NCBI RefSeq assembly: GCF_006345805.1
Contig: NC_043020.1
Coordinates: 26,474,001-26,538,000 of the forward strand
Reading direction: 5' to 3'
DNA length: 64,000 bases
Source of the DNA: Octopus sinensis
Lineage: Eukaryota
Shown here: piece after piece, positions 51,489-63,460 of the stretch
How positions within the stretch are numbered: the stretch's first letter is position 1
How the letters are laid out: each line of letters begins with the position of its first letter
Notes under the pieces: model-generated
Databases searched by the model: none
The model's input: only the letters and a program-made list of their open reading frames with translations
What the model was told of the DNA's origin: nothing
Program-made: the position numbers and the translations under genes

Positions 51489-51852
51489 AGAACGGGGCGC
51501 GACTGCATGGTGACAAAGATTCCAACATCACCATCAAAATACAGGACCAGATACTGCAACAGCTTGGGTTTCAGAGGACCACAGCTCTTTAACATCCTCC
51601 CTAAATGCCTGAGAGACTCGCATGGTGTGGATGTGGGTTTCTTTAAAACTAAACTGGATCTCTTCTTGTCGGGAGTCCCAGATGAACCTACCTCACGACA
51701 GGAGACGCAGATGCAGGCAACGGCATCGAACTCCCTTGTTGACCAAGTGCCATGTATCAGAGGTGGATTCACATATTAGTGTAGCTCATTTGCGGTGGTG
51801 CCCCAGCATGGCCGCGACCTTCGGGCTAAAACATTTTTAAGGATTTAAGGAT
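51489..51852 (+). mobile_element. CR1/L2-clade LINE, 5'-truncated 3' end with an intact ORF2 C-terminus
   Basis: RTGRDC...NSLGFRGPQLFNILPKCLRD...FKTKLDLFLSGVPDEP to the stop at 51779; short 3' UTR; TTTAAGGA repeat tail; (TA)n on both sides. Confidence 0.85.
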
Positions 51853-51950
51853 ATATATATATAGGGAGAGTTTATGAAAAAAACAAAAGACGAAGACTGG
51901 TGGTGTACAAAACAAACAGATGTATTAGTATAACGCTCAGGAATAGAAGG

Positions 51951-51988
51951 TCTTTTACGTTTCGAGCCTACGCTCTTCTACAGAAAGG
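51951..51988 (-). ncRNA. Hammerhead-like motif, family H1 (core CUGUAGA)
   Basis: Reverse complement CCTTT-CTGTAGA-A-GAGCGTAGGCTC-GAAA-CGT-A-AAAGA. Confidence 0.5.
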
Positions 51989-52490
51989 GACACAAAAAAA
52001 CAAGAAGAGAAAAAAAAATGTGTGTAGTGGCTACTTATCTTTCATATATATATATATTTGTAATATTTTGGACTAATGGTATATGTTAATTACTGTGCTG
52101 ATATGTTGAGTAAAGCAGTGGCATGGTTTGGGCGCCTGGTCTGGGAATCGAAACTGTGATCCCACAACTGCGAGTCTGCTGCTCTAACCACTGTACCATT
52201 GTGCCTCCACTAATCAATTGTTATTTATATTTATACACACAGACACACACACAATTGTTGTGTATATTTAATTTAAGAGAAACTACCTGTGAAAGGCAAA
52301 GTGTTTTATGAGGTCACAGCCAAGATTATAACCCCTTATACTCACCATACACACACTGAAACCTATCCATTAATACACTATACATTACACGTACACACAT
52401 ACATATATATACACATAACATTATGTTCTGCATGTAAGCATGTGAATGCTGTTCCTTAGTTTTTACAGTATTTTGCAGAAATATATATAC

Positions 52491-52521
<31 letters not shown>

Positions 52522-52522
52522 C

Positions 52523-52558
<36 letters not shown>

Positions 52559-52561
52559 TAC

Positions 52562-52614
<53 letters not shown>

Positions 52615-53266
52615 AGTGTATGTGTATGTATATATGAATGTTCATTTTTGTTTGTTTTATTTTGTTAAAAAAACTGAATGTCTTTTTTTATGTTTAATAT
52701 TGTTTGTTTTGTATGTTATTTTTAAATATTTAATTTGCAATTACATATATTTTTTTTAATTTGCTTTTATTTTTGTTTTGTTTTTAAAAAAAAAACAATT
52801 AATATAACGATCTCTCACAATCTTTCGTTTGAAATTTGCATTGTTTCTACTTATCTCCTCTGAACTAGATGAAAGACTTCAGGTCTGCACACTAGCACAC
52901 GTATGCATGCTTAAGCATCAACACGTATGGGGACACATGCATGTATGCCTACAAATACACAGACCTCCATACATACTCACACACACAGACGCATGCATGC
53001 AAACACAAAAATGTGTATGTGTACACATGTGCACACACACACACACTCTACATAAAGCATTTGTACTGTTATATTAATTAACTCCACATGGGGTATGAAC
53101 TCCATTTATTTCTCGTTAAGTGGTGAGCAGAAAATAAGGTCGCAAATTGGCAGGAAAAAAAAGATAGCATTGGAACGTTGTATAAAATTCTTTACAGTTA
53201 TTTCATTTGTTCCAGTTCCTAATGTTCTGAGTTCAGTTCCTGCTCAGCTCAACGTTGCTTTTTATC

Positions 53267-53301
<35 letters not shown>

Positions 53302-53479
53302 ACAGTACTTGGACATTATTGTCTTGGATCCTAGATCACATAGGACCAGTTACCTGGATGATCCAGTTTCCATTGCTTAGAAGTGATGAAGATCCAGAGA
53401 TCACAGCATTCTGCCCTAACAGGAGGCCAATCCATCACAGGGTCAATGTGAACTGAAGAGCTTGCTCAAGAAGTCAATA

Positions 53480-53750
53480 GTGCAGGAGTGGCTGTGTGAT
53501 AAGTAGCTTGCTTACCGACCACATGGTTCCGGGTTCAGTCCCACTGCATGGCACCTTGGGCAAGTGTCTTCTACTATAGCCTCGGGCCGACCAAAGCCTT
53601 GTGAATGGATTTAGTGGACGGAAACTGAAAGAACCTCATCGTAGGATAGAATAAGTACTAGGCTTACAAAGAATAAGTCCTGGGGTCAGTTTCCTCGACT
53701 AAAGGTGGTGCTCCAGCATGGCCGCAGTCAAATGACTAAAACAAATACAA
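53480..53750 (+). mobile_element. SINE family A with an internal deletion
   Basis: Head and tail present; the middle microsatellite segment is missing. Confidence 0.85.
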
Positions 53751-53789
53751 AAAAAAAAAATGGATATCACATCCACTCATAGCTGATTC

Positions 53790-54200
53790 ATAAGTTGTTT
53801 CAACACTCCATCATGATGCTGCAGGAGCTGTGTAAAGCAGCTTCTTCTGAGCAGAAGCCATGCTGGGTATCAAAAAGCAAGGCATTATCGTCTTGGAACA
53901 TGCTCTGTTTCCTTTCGACAATTCATTCCATGACTTTGCTAACATGTGTGGTTTGAGGGACAGATCTACAATTTTTAGCATCTGCTTTGCGTCTTCCTTT
54001 ATAAATCGGACACATTATGCCTTCCTTTAACTTTGTGAGAGTCTACCACTTTCAAGGAAGCTTTGGAAAAGGATCTGCAGTAATCTTCATTGGGCCCTTT
54101 AGGTATTTCTTTAGGATTGAACTTGGAATCACATCATTGCAAGATGCACCTGGAAGGTTGCTCATTTATGCATTCATTTTGTATGCTGTCTGTTAGTCCA
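53790..54200 (-). pseudogene. Degenerate CR1/L2-type reverse transcriptase fragment
   Basis: Minus strand reads CPIYKGRRKADAKNCRSVPQTTHVSKVME*IV...LLFDTQHGF, the PIxK/NYRPISL/QHGF region of non-LTR RTs. Confidence 0.8.
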
Positions 54201-54424
54201 TGCTAGCGTGGCTTTGACAGGAGGTAATCAAGACATACCTTTACAACTGGATACCTTTCCTGTCACCAAGTCTTACCTGCTTTTAAAACAAGCGATTTGT
54301 TTTACTCCAATGTAATTTGAAAGTGTAGAGCCAGTGGATTATTTGTTGACAAGAAATGTCAACACATGTCACCGTTTGTGACTATTGCTCAGTGTAGGGT
54401 GTAAACACACATACACACACAGTT

Positions 54425-54843
54425 TCTTATTTCTTCATTGCCCACTAGGGGCTAAACCTAGAGGGGACACACAAGGACAGATAAAGGGATTAAGTCGATT
54501 ACATCGACCCCGGTGCGTTACTGGTACTTAATTTATCGACCCCGAAAGGATGAAAGGCAAAGTCGACCTCAGCTGAATTTGAACTCAGAACGTAGCAGCA
54601 GACGGAATGCCTATTTCTTTACTACCCACAAGGGGCTAAACACAGAGAGGACAAACAAGGATAGACAAACGGATTAAGTCGATTACATCGACCCCAGTGC
54701 GTAACTGGTACTTAATTTATCGACCCCGAAAGGATGAAAGGCAAAGTTGACCTCGGTGGAATTTGAACTCAGAACATAACTGCAGACGAAATACCGCTAA
54801 GCATTTCACCCGGTGTGCTAACAATTCCGCCAGTTCGCCGCCT
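54425..54843 (-). mobile_element. SINE family C, dimeric form
   Basis: Same junction as the other two dimers. Confidence 0.88.
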
Positions 54844-56286
54844 TATCACACACAGAGTTTCTGTCTGCAAAATTTCCTCATGGGGCATTGGCTGTCCTGA
54901 TGCCTTAGTAAAAGACACTTGGCCAAGGTGCTGCTCTCTGGGATTGAACCTAAATTTGTATGGTTTTAAAAGCAGACTATTTTGCCACACAGCCACATCT
55001 GTGTGCACAAGCCATGCCTACAAAATATAAATATTTAAATCTATGATGTATTTCCATTTAATATCCAGTTTTTTTTTTTTCATATTTTACACCTGCAAAA
55101 CCTTCATTCTCTTGACAAAGCAGCCCCCTCACCTGAGTATGCATGTAGATCATCACCCAAAAATTTCAAGTTCTCACCTGTATGAACAGAGATGGAGAAA
55201 CAACAAAATAACAAATTGTGATGTTTTCTTAACTTATATATTAATTTGTTTGGTTAATTAAAATATTAATTCATTGATATTAATTTAATAAGGGCAAAAA
55301 AAAGGGTGGGCGAGCACCATAGAATGAGAGGCTAGCTGCCTGGCATGATGTTTGTATAACTTTGTCTCACTTCACTGATTGTCATTTTATTTCATTTTCT
55401 CCTTTATTTCAATTTATTTGTGTTGCTTAAATCTCTTTACAGAAAGGGCATGAACACCTCGTAATTTCATCTCTTCATGCTGTCTATATCTGTATATCTA
55501 TGCGTGTATATCTCTGTCTATCTACCTATATATATTTATCTGTCTGTGATCTTGTTTTGGTTATGTGTATGAAGTCTATAATGGTTCTGTATCATTTCCG
55601 TTCTGAGAGATTTGCCATCCTCCATCAACGTTGCTTGTGATCTGCTTTTCATTTTTCTTATTTACAAACATTCTCAGGATGTATATGTGTGTTTGTATAT
55701 GCTGCGAAATGTGTGAGAGATATATCTACCTACATATCTCTACAGAGGTATATGCGTGCATATTTATATGTGGGTGCAGATGCATATATATGTACGTGAC
55801 TGTGTGTGTGTGTATGGCTCAGTGGTTAGGAAGCTTGGTTTGCAGTCTTGTGGTTTTTGGGTACGGTTCCACTGTATGGCACGGCACCTTGGTCGAGTAT
55901 CTTACACAATAGCCCCAGGACAAACAATGCTATGTGAGTAAATTTGGCATGGAAGTTTGGTGTGTGCGTGCGTGTGTGCATTAGGGGCAGAGTGGCTGTG
56001 TGACAGTGTGTGTGTTCTGGGTTCAGTCCTACTGCATGGCACCTTGGGCAAGTGTCTTCTACTATAGCCTTGGGCCAATCAAAGCTTTGTGAGTGGAATT
56101 GGCAAACGGAAACTGAAAGAAGCTCATCATATATATACATACATACATACATATATACATATGTAAAAAAATACAAACTGGGACAAGAACGCAAAACATT
56201 TAGAAGATGATGCAAAAAACACGGACGAGACATTCGAAGCCTTCAATCTTCAGACAAGAACTGGATCATCCTCGCAACCTCGGCTG

Positions 56287-56331
<45 letters not shown>

Positions 56332-56568
56332 TTGTTATTAGTGTCTGTGTTTGTCCCTCCACCATCCCTTGACAACCGATGTTGAGTGTGTTTACATCCC
56401 CATAACTTAGCAGTTCGGCAAAAGAGACCGATAGAATAAGTATTAAACTTACAAAGAATAAGTCCTGGGGGATGATTTGCTCGACTAAAGGCGATGCTCC
56501 AGTATGGCCACAGTCAAATGACTGAAACAAGTAAAAGAGAGAAATATATATAAATATATATATATATA

Positions 56569-56973
56569 GGCGCAGGAGTGGCTGTGTGGTAAGTAGCTTG
56601 CTTACCAACCACATGGTTCCGGGTTCAGTCCCACTGCGTGGCATCTTGGGCAAGTGTCTTCTGCTATAGCCCCGGGCCAACCAATGCCTTGTGAGTGGAT
56701 TTGGTAGACGGAAACTGAAAGAAGCCTGTCGTATATATGTATATATATATGTGTGTGTATGTGTTTGTGTGTCTGTGTTTGTCCCCCTAGCATTGCTTGA
56801 CAACCGATGCTGGTGTGTTTACGTCCCCGTCACTTAGCGGTTCGGCACAAGAGACCGATAGAATAAGTACTGGGCTTACAAAGAATAAGTCCCGGGGTCG
56901 ATTTGCTCGACGAAAGGTGGTGCTCCAGCATGGCCGCAGTCAAATGACTGAAACAAGTAAAAGAGTAAAAAGA

Positions 56974-56975
<2 letters not shown>
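56569..56975 (+). mobile_element. SINE family A, full length reference copy
   Basis: GGCGCAGGAGTGGCTGTGTGG to GACTGAAACAAGTAAAAGAGT; preceded by further fragments at 55805-56540. Confidence 0.93.
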
Positions 56976-57009
<34 letters not shown>

Positions 57010-57709
57010 GATCATATTTCTTTCAGTTTCCATTCACTAAATCTGAGGTCTTAGTAAAATTCCCTTGCAGCAGATACCACACAATGGAACTGAACCCAAA
57101 AACCATATGAATGGGGAGCAAACTTCTTATCTGCACAGCCAAGCCTGCCCTTTGACCCCACTCACATATTACCCGGTTTAATCTGAGTAAGTTAATCCCT
57201 AAATACCACCATGCCTGAGATCAAACTTCCTGTTTTAAAAAGTGATCTAAGTTAAAAACCTTCCATTAAAATTTCATGGTAATCTATTTTCCAAAAGCCA
57301 GTTTAATAACAACGGAATTATTTTACCGAAATCTTTTATTATTTTAAAAATTACAAGAAACAAAGGCAGCCTATTTCTACAGAAATATGGTAACAGGGTT
57401 GTTTATGGTATCATGGTGCTGAAATTTTATTCCATTTGGAATAAAAGATTCTTGTCTTCTTCATAAGTATTTATCTGGCTGCTTTAGAAGAAAATAATAA
57501 TAATAACAATAGCTATTATTGTTTTTTTAAGCAGCCTGTTGAATGGTGACAAAGAAGAGAAACTTTGTTTATACCAAACTGGGGTAAAATTTCACAGGAC
57601 ATGAAACTTGAGTTGTTGCATCCATATTGTTAATGTACTTTAATTAAAACTTTCTAAACTCGCATTTGAATTTGCATCCTAAAAAAATATATATCCAACA
57701 TCTTTCATC

Positions 57710-58090
57710 TTTTATTTGTTTCTGTCATAAGACTGTGGCCATGCTGGGGCACCACCTCGAAGGGTTTTAGCCAAAGAAATTGACCCTCAGATGTATTAGT
57801 TTTTTGAAGCCTAGTACTTATTCTATCAGTTTCTTTTGCTGAACTGCTAAGTTACGAGGATGTAAACACACCACCACAGGTTGCCAAGCAGTGATGGGAC
57901 ACACACATACACACACAAACATATATACGATGGACTTCTTTCAGTCTCTGCCTACCAAATCCACTCACAAGGTTTTGGTTAGCCCGAGGTTATAGTAGAA
58001 GACAGTTGCCAAAGGTGCTACACAGTGAGACTGAACCTGAACCAAGGGGATGAGAAGCAAGCTTCTTACCACATAGCCACACCTGCAACT
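57710..58090 (-). mobile_element. SINE family A, older full-length copy
   Basis: Diverged reverse complement of the consensus. Confidence 0.8.
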
Positions 58091-58101
58091 ATATGCACAC
58101 A

Positions 58102-58133
<32 letters not shown>

Positions 58134-58138
<5 letters not shown>

Positions 58139-58742
58139 CGTCCACTCGTGACCAAGGAAGACCATTGCCGACCTTCAGGAACATTGTGCGCTCTAGGACT
58201 ACCTTATATTTTGCAATTGCGGCTCCATTGGTGGCTAATGAGCCCTGCTCTTGACAAGCACACACGACTGCAAACATTGCAGATCAAGCTTTCCCCATTC
58301 ACTATACGAGCTGTGCGCTTTCGCACAGCTCGCCTAAGTTCTTCATGCTGGATGCGTGCTCTCTCAAAAGTGTCGATCCCCTCCTTAACCTGCTTTCTCC
58401 ATCTGTGGCGATGACAGGCATTGTTCTCCCAGTCAGTGTCCTGCATATCACAGGCTTTTAATGAGGACTTGATACAGTCCTTAGATCGCAGCCTTGGTTT
58501 CTGCCGGAGTCTCCTTCCATTCACAAGTTCTGCATAGAGCATCTGCTTAGGAATCCTTCTATCCTCCATTCTAATAAGGTGTCCAGTCCAACGCAACCAG
58601 TGCTTGTGCACCATCGCCTCAATACTCAAGATATCAGCTGTCCTCAGGATCTGTGTGTCTAGAATTTTTGAGGTCCAGCCAACATTGAGAATGTGTCTGA
58701 GATATCTCTGATGAAAACGTTCAAGGACCCTTACCTGACGTT
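58134..58742 (-). mobile_element. RTE-clade (BovB-like) LINE, 5'-truncated 3' end
   Basis: Stop-free LERFHQRYLRHILNV...LRWTGHLIRMEDRRIPKQMLYAEL...KPRLRSKD...WRKQV plus C-terminal CNVC...H zinc-finger-like motif; stop at 58204; (TA)n on both sides. Confidence 0.92.
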
Positions 58743-60112
58743 TGTACATATATATATACATACACACACATGCACTCACACACAGGTATGGTTCTTTGGT
58801 TCAATCCCACTGTGTGGTATCCTGGTCAAGTGTATTTTTGTATTGTCTCATAGTCACAAGGCTTTGGTTGTTCCGAGGCTATAGTAGAAGGCACTTGCCC
58901 AAGGTGCCATGCCATGGGATTGAAACCAGGACCATCTTATATATGATGATGATAAATGGGTATATATATATATATATATGTGTGTATCATCTGACACAAG
59001 ATCATCTCTTCCAATGCCTCCTAAAAGGGCCATCATATATATATATATATTAATATATATATCTATATATATATATATATATATATATAATTATTGTTTT
59101 TGAAGGTTTTTATTCCCATGCTGGCCACTTGATAAAGATCGATATTTAAATTAATGTTCTTATCCTTATTTATATAATATATAATATATATATATATATA
59201 TATATAGGGAGAGTTCACGAAAAAAAAAAGACGAAGACAGTTGTGGTGTACAAACAACAAGATGTATTGTATGTATAACGCTCAGGAATAGAAAAAGTCT
59301 TTTTTGTTACATTTCGAGCTACGCTCTTCTACAGAAAAGGGACACAGAAAAAATACAAGGAGAGAAGGAAATGTGTGTATGGCTAACAATCAATCATCAT
59401 GGCGAACACTCACACAATAGGCTTTTAGTTTCTGTCAACCAAATCCACTCACGAGGCTTTAGTAGAAGTCACTTACCCAAGGTGCCACGCAGTGGGACTG
59501 AACCCGGATTTTCCTGTCTTCTGCAGTTTCTTGTTGAACAACCTGCACAGGTGACTCGCTTATAGTGATCCAATGCTGGTGCTGTACATTAGCTCTCTTC
59601 TGCCATCAATCCGATGCTGCTTTTTCTGGGGCATGATGTGCCCATGTGTCGAAGTGACCTTGGAAAAACTCAAAGTGATTTGCTCAAGAGCACAATGCAC
59701 TACTTGGTTAGGAATTGAACCCATGGTCTCACGATCATGACTGGAACACCTTAGCCACTAGACTGTGGACTTACACACACACACGCAATTCCAAGCCATG
59801 CAGTAAGCAATACTCATCCAACCCCTGCAGACATTGAAAAGTGGATGTAAAACCCCAAAAATATATACACATGCATACATTCACACACACAATTTACAAT
59901 GGCAAATGAGATGAAGCTTCAAGGTCACTGCCGTCTTTTAAAAAAATAAATACTTAACTCTATATCATGTATTGAGTTCTTTATTAATGTTACTGTTTAT
60001 ACATGCATGAACATAATCCTACTTGTACACTATGAGTATATACCTATGTATGTATGTATATGTATGTATATATATGTATGTATGTATATATGTGTGTGTG
60101 TGTGTGTGTGTG

Positions 60113-60144
<32 letters not shown>

Positions 60145-60377
60145 TTACATAAACAAATGCACCATGGAATTTTGTCAGTGAACAGGTCGTGGTCTCAAAG
60201 CGACGAACACATTTTGGCAAATTAAATTTAAATGTTGAAGTGAATCTAACGGTTTTTGTGTGTTTCTTAAATGGCTTATAAACACCTTCCACCCTGCAAT
60301 TGTTTTCATTCCAGCACACGATCTCAGATCAGGTCACTCGCTATGCAAGTACATCTCCGTAATATATATATATATAT

Positions 60378-60535
60378 AGGCAAAGGCATGGCTGTGTGGT
60401 AAGAGGCTTGCTTACCAGCCACGTGGTTCCGGTTTCAGTCCCACTGCATGGCACCTTGGGCAAGTGTCTTTTACTATAACCTCTGGCCAAGCAAAACCTT
60501 GTGAGTTGATTTGGTAGACGGAAACTGAAAGAAGC

Positions 60536-60576
<41 letters not shown>

Positions 60577-60790
60577 GTATCTGTGTGTCTGTGTTTGTCC
60601 CTCCCCCTATCCTTGCTTGACAACCGATGCTGGTGTGTTCATGTTCTTGTAACTTAGCGGCTCAGCAAAAGACACTGATAGAATAATTACTAGGCTTACA
60701 AAGAATAAATCGTGGTGTCTATTTGTTTGACTAAAAGCGGTGCTCCAGCATGGCTGCAGTCAAGTAACTGAAACAAATAAAATAAAATAA
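60378..60790 (+). mobile_element. SINE family A (diverged subfamily)
   Basis: Full length; (AAAAT)n tail. Confidence 0.85.
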
Positions 60791-60870
60791 AATAATATAT
60801 TTTCGTTCCAGCAGACGATCTCAGATCAGGTCACTTGCTATGCAAGTACATCTCTGTAATATATACATAG

Positions 60871-61283
60871 GGGCGCGGAGTGGCTGTGTGGTAAGTAGCT
60901 TGCTAACCAACCACATGGTTCCGGGTTCAGTCCCACTGTGTTGCACCTTGGGCAAGTGACTTCTGCTATAGCCCTGGGCTGACCAATGCCTTGTGAGTGG
61001 ATTTGGTAGATGGAAACTGAAAGAAGCCTGTCATATATATGTATATATATATATATATATATATGTGTGCGTGTGTGTGTTTGTTTTTGTCCCCCTAGCA
61101 TTGATTGACAACTGATGCTGGTGTGTTTATGTACCCGTTACTTAGCGGTTCGGCAAAAGAAACCGATAGAATAAGTACTGGGCTTACAAAGAATAAGTCT
61201 CGGGGTCGATTTGGTCGACTAAAGGCGGTGCTCCAGCATGGCCGCAGTCAAATGACTGAAACAAGTAAAAGAGGAAAAGAGTA
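60871..61283 (+). mobile_element. SINE family A, full length
   Basis: Direct match to the consensus. Confidence 0.9.
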
Positions 61284-61800
61284 TTTGTCTGTGAGTGTGT
61301 TTTTAAATATGTTTTTCTAATTCCCTTTAATTCCTTTTGATATTGGACACATTAACTTCTATGCGTATGTGTGTGTATGTATATGTGGTATTTGTGTGTT
61401 TATGCGTGTGTGTGTGGCATTGTGTGTGTCGGTGTTTGTGTGGTATGTATATATGGGGTGTGCAGTGTGTGTGTATATGTGGAATGTGTCTTGGTATGTG
61501 TGTGTGTGTATATGTGATAATACCAACCCATTCCTCCACCCACTTGCCCATATCCACCCGGCCACCCGTATCTCCTTCCCTCCTCACCCCCCCATTTTCT
61601 CATTTCTGTAAATGTCTGTGTATGGTTTTCTAATTCATGTCCCCTCACTCTCACTACATGCACACACACGAACCACATATTCACATACCCTTACATATAT
61701 TCTACATATATACAAACACACATGCACACACATAGTTATATACATATACACACACACACACATACACATAAGTATATGCAAACATAAATATATATTATAC

Positions 61801-61854
<54 letters not shown>

Positions 61855-61998
61855 TCACACACACACATTCGCATACATACTCAATATATGCTTACATATA
61901 TTCTACATATATACAAACACACGCACACACATAGTTTATATATATACTCACACACATACGTATAAGCAAACATAAATATATATTATACATATACATAC

Positions 61999-62043
<45 letters not shown>

Positions 62044-62394
62044 TGAATGTAATGTGTGTGATTGTATGTATGTGTATTCATATGTATATATGTGTTTGTG
62101 TGTGTATGTATGTGTGTGTTACATCCCTCCTGTTTACTCGTTCTTACCATTGTTGACATTTACCAAAATTGGTCACCACCATTCCTTGCAGCAGTATCAG
62201 CACCACTCCCTCTACCATCTCCCCACCACCACATCCGCAAATGGTATCACTATTTCTGCAACCACTACATCCACCATCACTATGGTAACCAACATTCCTA
62301 CCACCACTGCCACCACCACCACCACCACCGCAAATAGTATCACTATTTCTGCAACCACTACAACCACCGTCACTATGGTCATAGCTATTTCTTT

Positions 62395-62607
62395 ACTACC
62401 CAGAAGGGGCTAAACACAGAGGGGACAAACAAGGGCATTAAGTCGATTACATTGACCCCAGTGCATAACTGGTGCTTAATTTATCGACCCCGAAAGGATG
62501 AAAAGCAAAGTTGACCTCGGCGGAATTTGAACTCAGAACGTAACGGCAGAAGAAATACGGCTACGCATTTCGCCCGGTGCGCTAATGTTTCTGCCAGCTC
62601 GCCGCCT
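62395..62607 (-). mobile_element. SINE family C, monomer
   Basis: Complete head, domain and tail. Confidence 0.88.
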
Positions 62608-62924
62608 TCACTATGGTCATACCATTCCTACCACTGCCACCACCACCACCACCGTTAGGATGCCACCACTATTACCACTACCATTACCATTATACTAGCA
62701 CTCCGTCGGTGATGGCAACGAGGGTTCCAGTTGATCCGATCAATGGAAATTAACGTGAAATTAGCGTGCAAGTGGCTGAGTATTCCACAGACACACTCAC
62801 CCTTAACGTAGTTCCCAGTCAGGGAGATTCAGTGCAACACAGAGTGTGACATAACTGGCCCTTTGAATTACAGGTACTATCCACTTTTGTCAACTGAGTG
62901 GACTGGAGCGACATGAACTAAAGT

Positions 62925-63427
62925 ACTGAATCCATAATGAGGATTGCCCCGTCGACCTCCTTTAGCCGGGAGGGCAAGGAAGTTTTCCTTTGCCTAGTGG
63001 CTGAAGTGAAAGAGGTGATATGGTGGATCTGTTTGAAAGGGCTAAGGTCAGACACTTTCCTTTTTGGCCAAGGCCTCATCAACTTTTTCAAGTTTCCCTT
63101 GAAAAGGAAGATGATAGTAGAGAGGGAAGTGATGTTTGGTAGCAAGTTTATTGAAAGGTGGGCGAATGTCGCAAGAATGGAGAAAGGGGCTCTCTACCCT
63201 CCTTTTGACCAGGCTCCCATGGCTTTTATGGGGTTTTTCCATGAGTAATCTTTTGAAGTGCCTCCCCCTATTGAGAGTTTTAATTGTTACTTATTTTTCG
63301 TTGTCATCCTGCTTTTGTACACGGACCTTTTTCAAACGGACGAAACCTTTTGTAACTTTCGTCCTGTGTTTTGTCCCTTTATGTTTTAATTGATTTTTGT
63401 TAGCCCTTGTGGCCAATAAACGAATTA

Positions 63428-63460
<33 letters not shown>
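62925..63460 (+). mobile_element. Tx1/L1-clade LINE, 5'-truncated 3' end
   Basis: LCLVAEVKEVIWWICLKGLRSDTFLFGQGLINFFKFPLKRKMIVER...FIERWA resembles a Tx1 ORF2 C-terminus; T-rich 3' UTR, AATAAA, (TTA)n tail. Confidence 0.7.

Noticed and set aside
58134-58200. RTE LINE as the partner of SINE family B
   Set aside because: The 3' ends share only GGACG; insufficient.
85-61283. tRNA genes suggested by A and B boxes
   Set aside because: All are SINE heads without a full cloverleaf.
4686-61320. Recurrent peptides such as RHLPKVPRSGTEPGTMWLVSKLLTTQP and DTCPRCHAVGLNPEPCGW
   Set aside because: Translations of SINE family A, not a gene family.
888-62413. Long ORFs rich in Y/I/C/V/H/T, poly-L/S/V/T/P, or SL repeats (for example 1773-2774, 18479-19414, 40192-40794)
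   Set aside because: They are translations of di-, tri- and tetranucleotide repeats that lack stops by composition.
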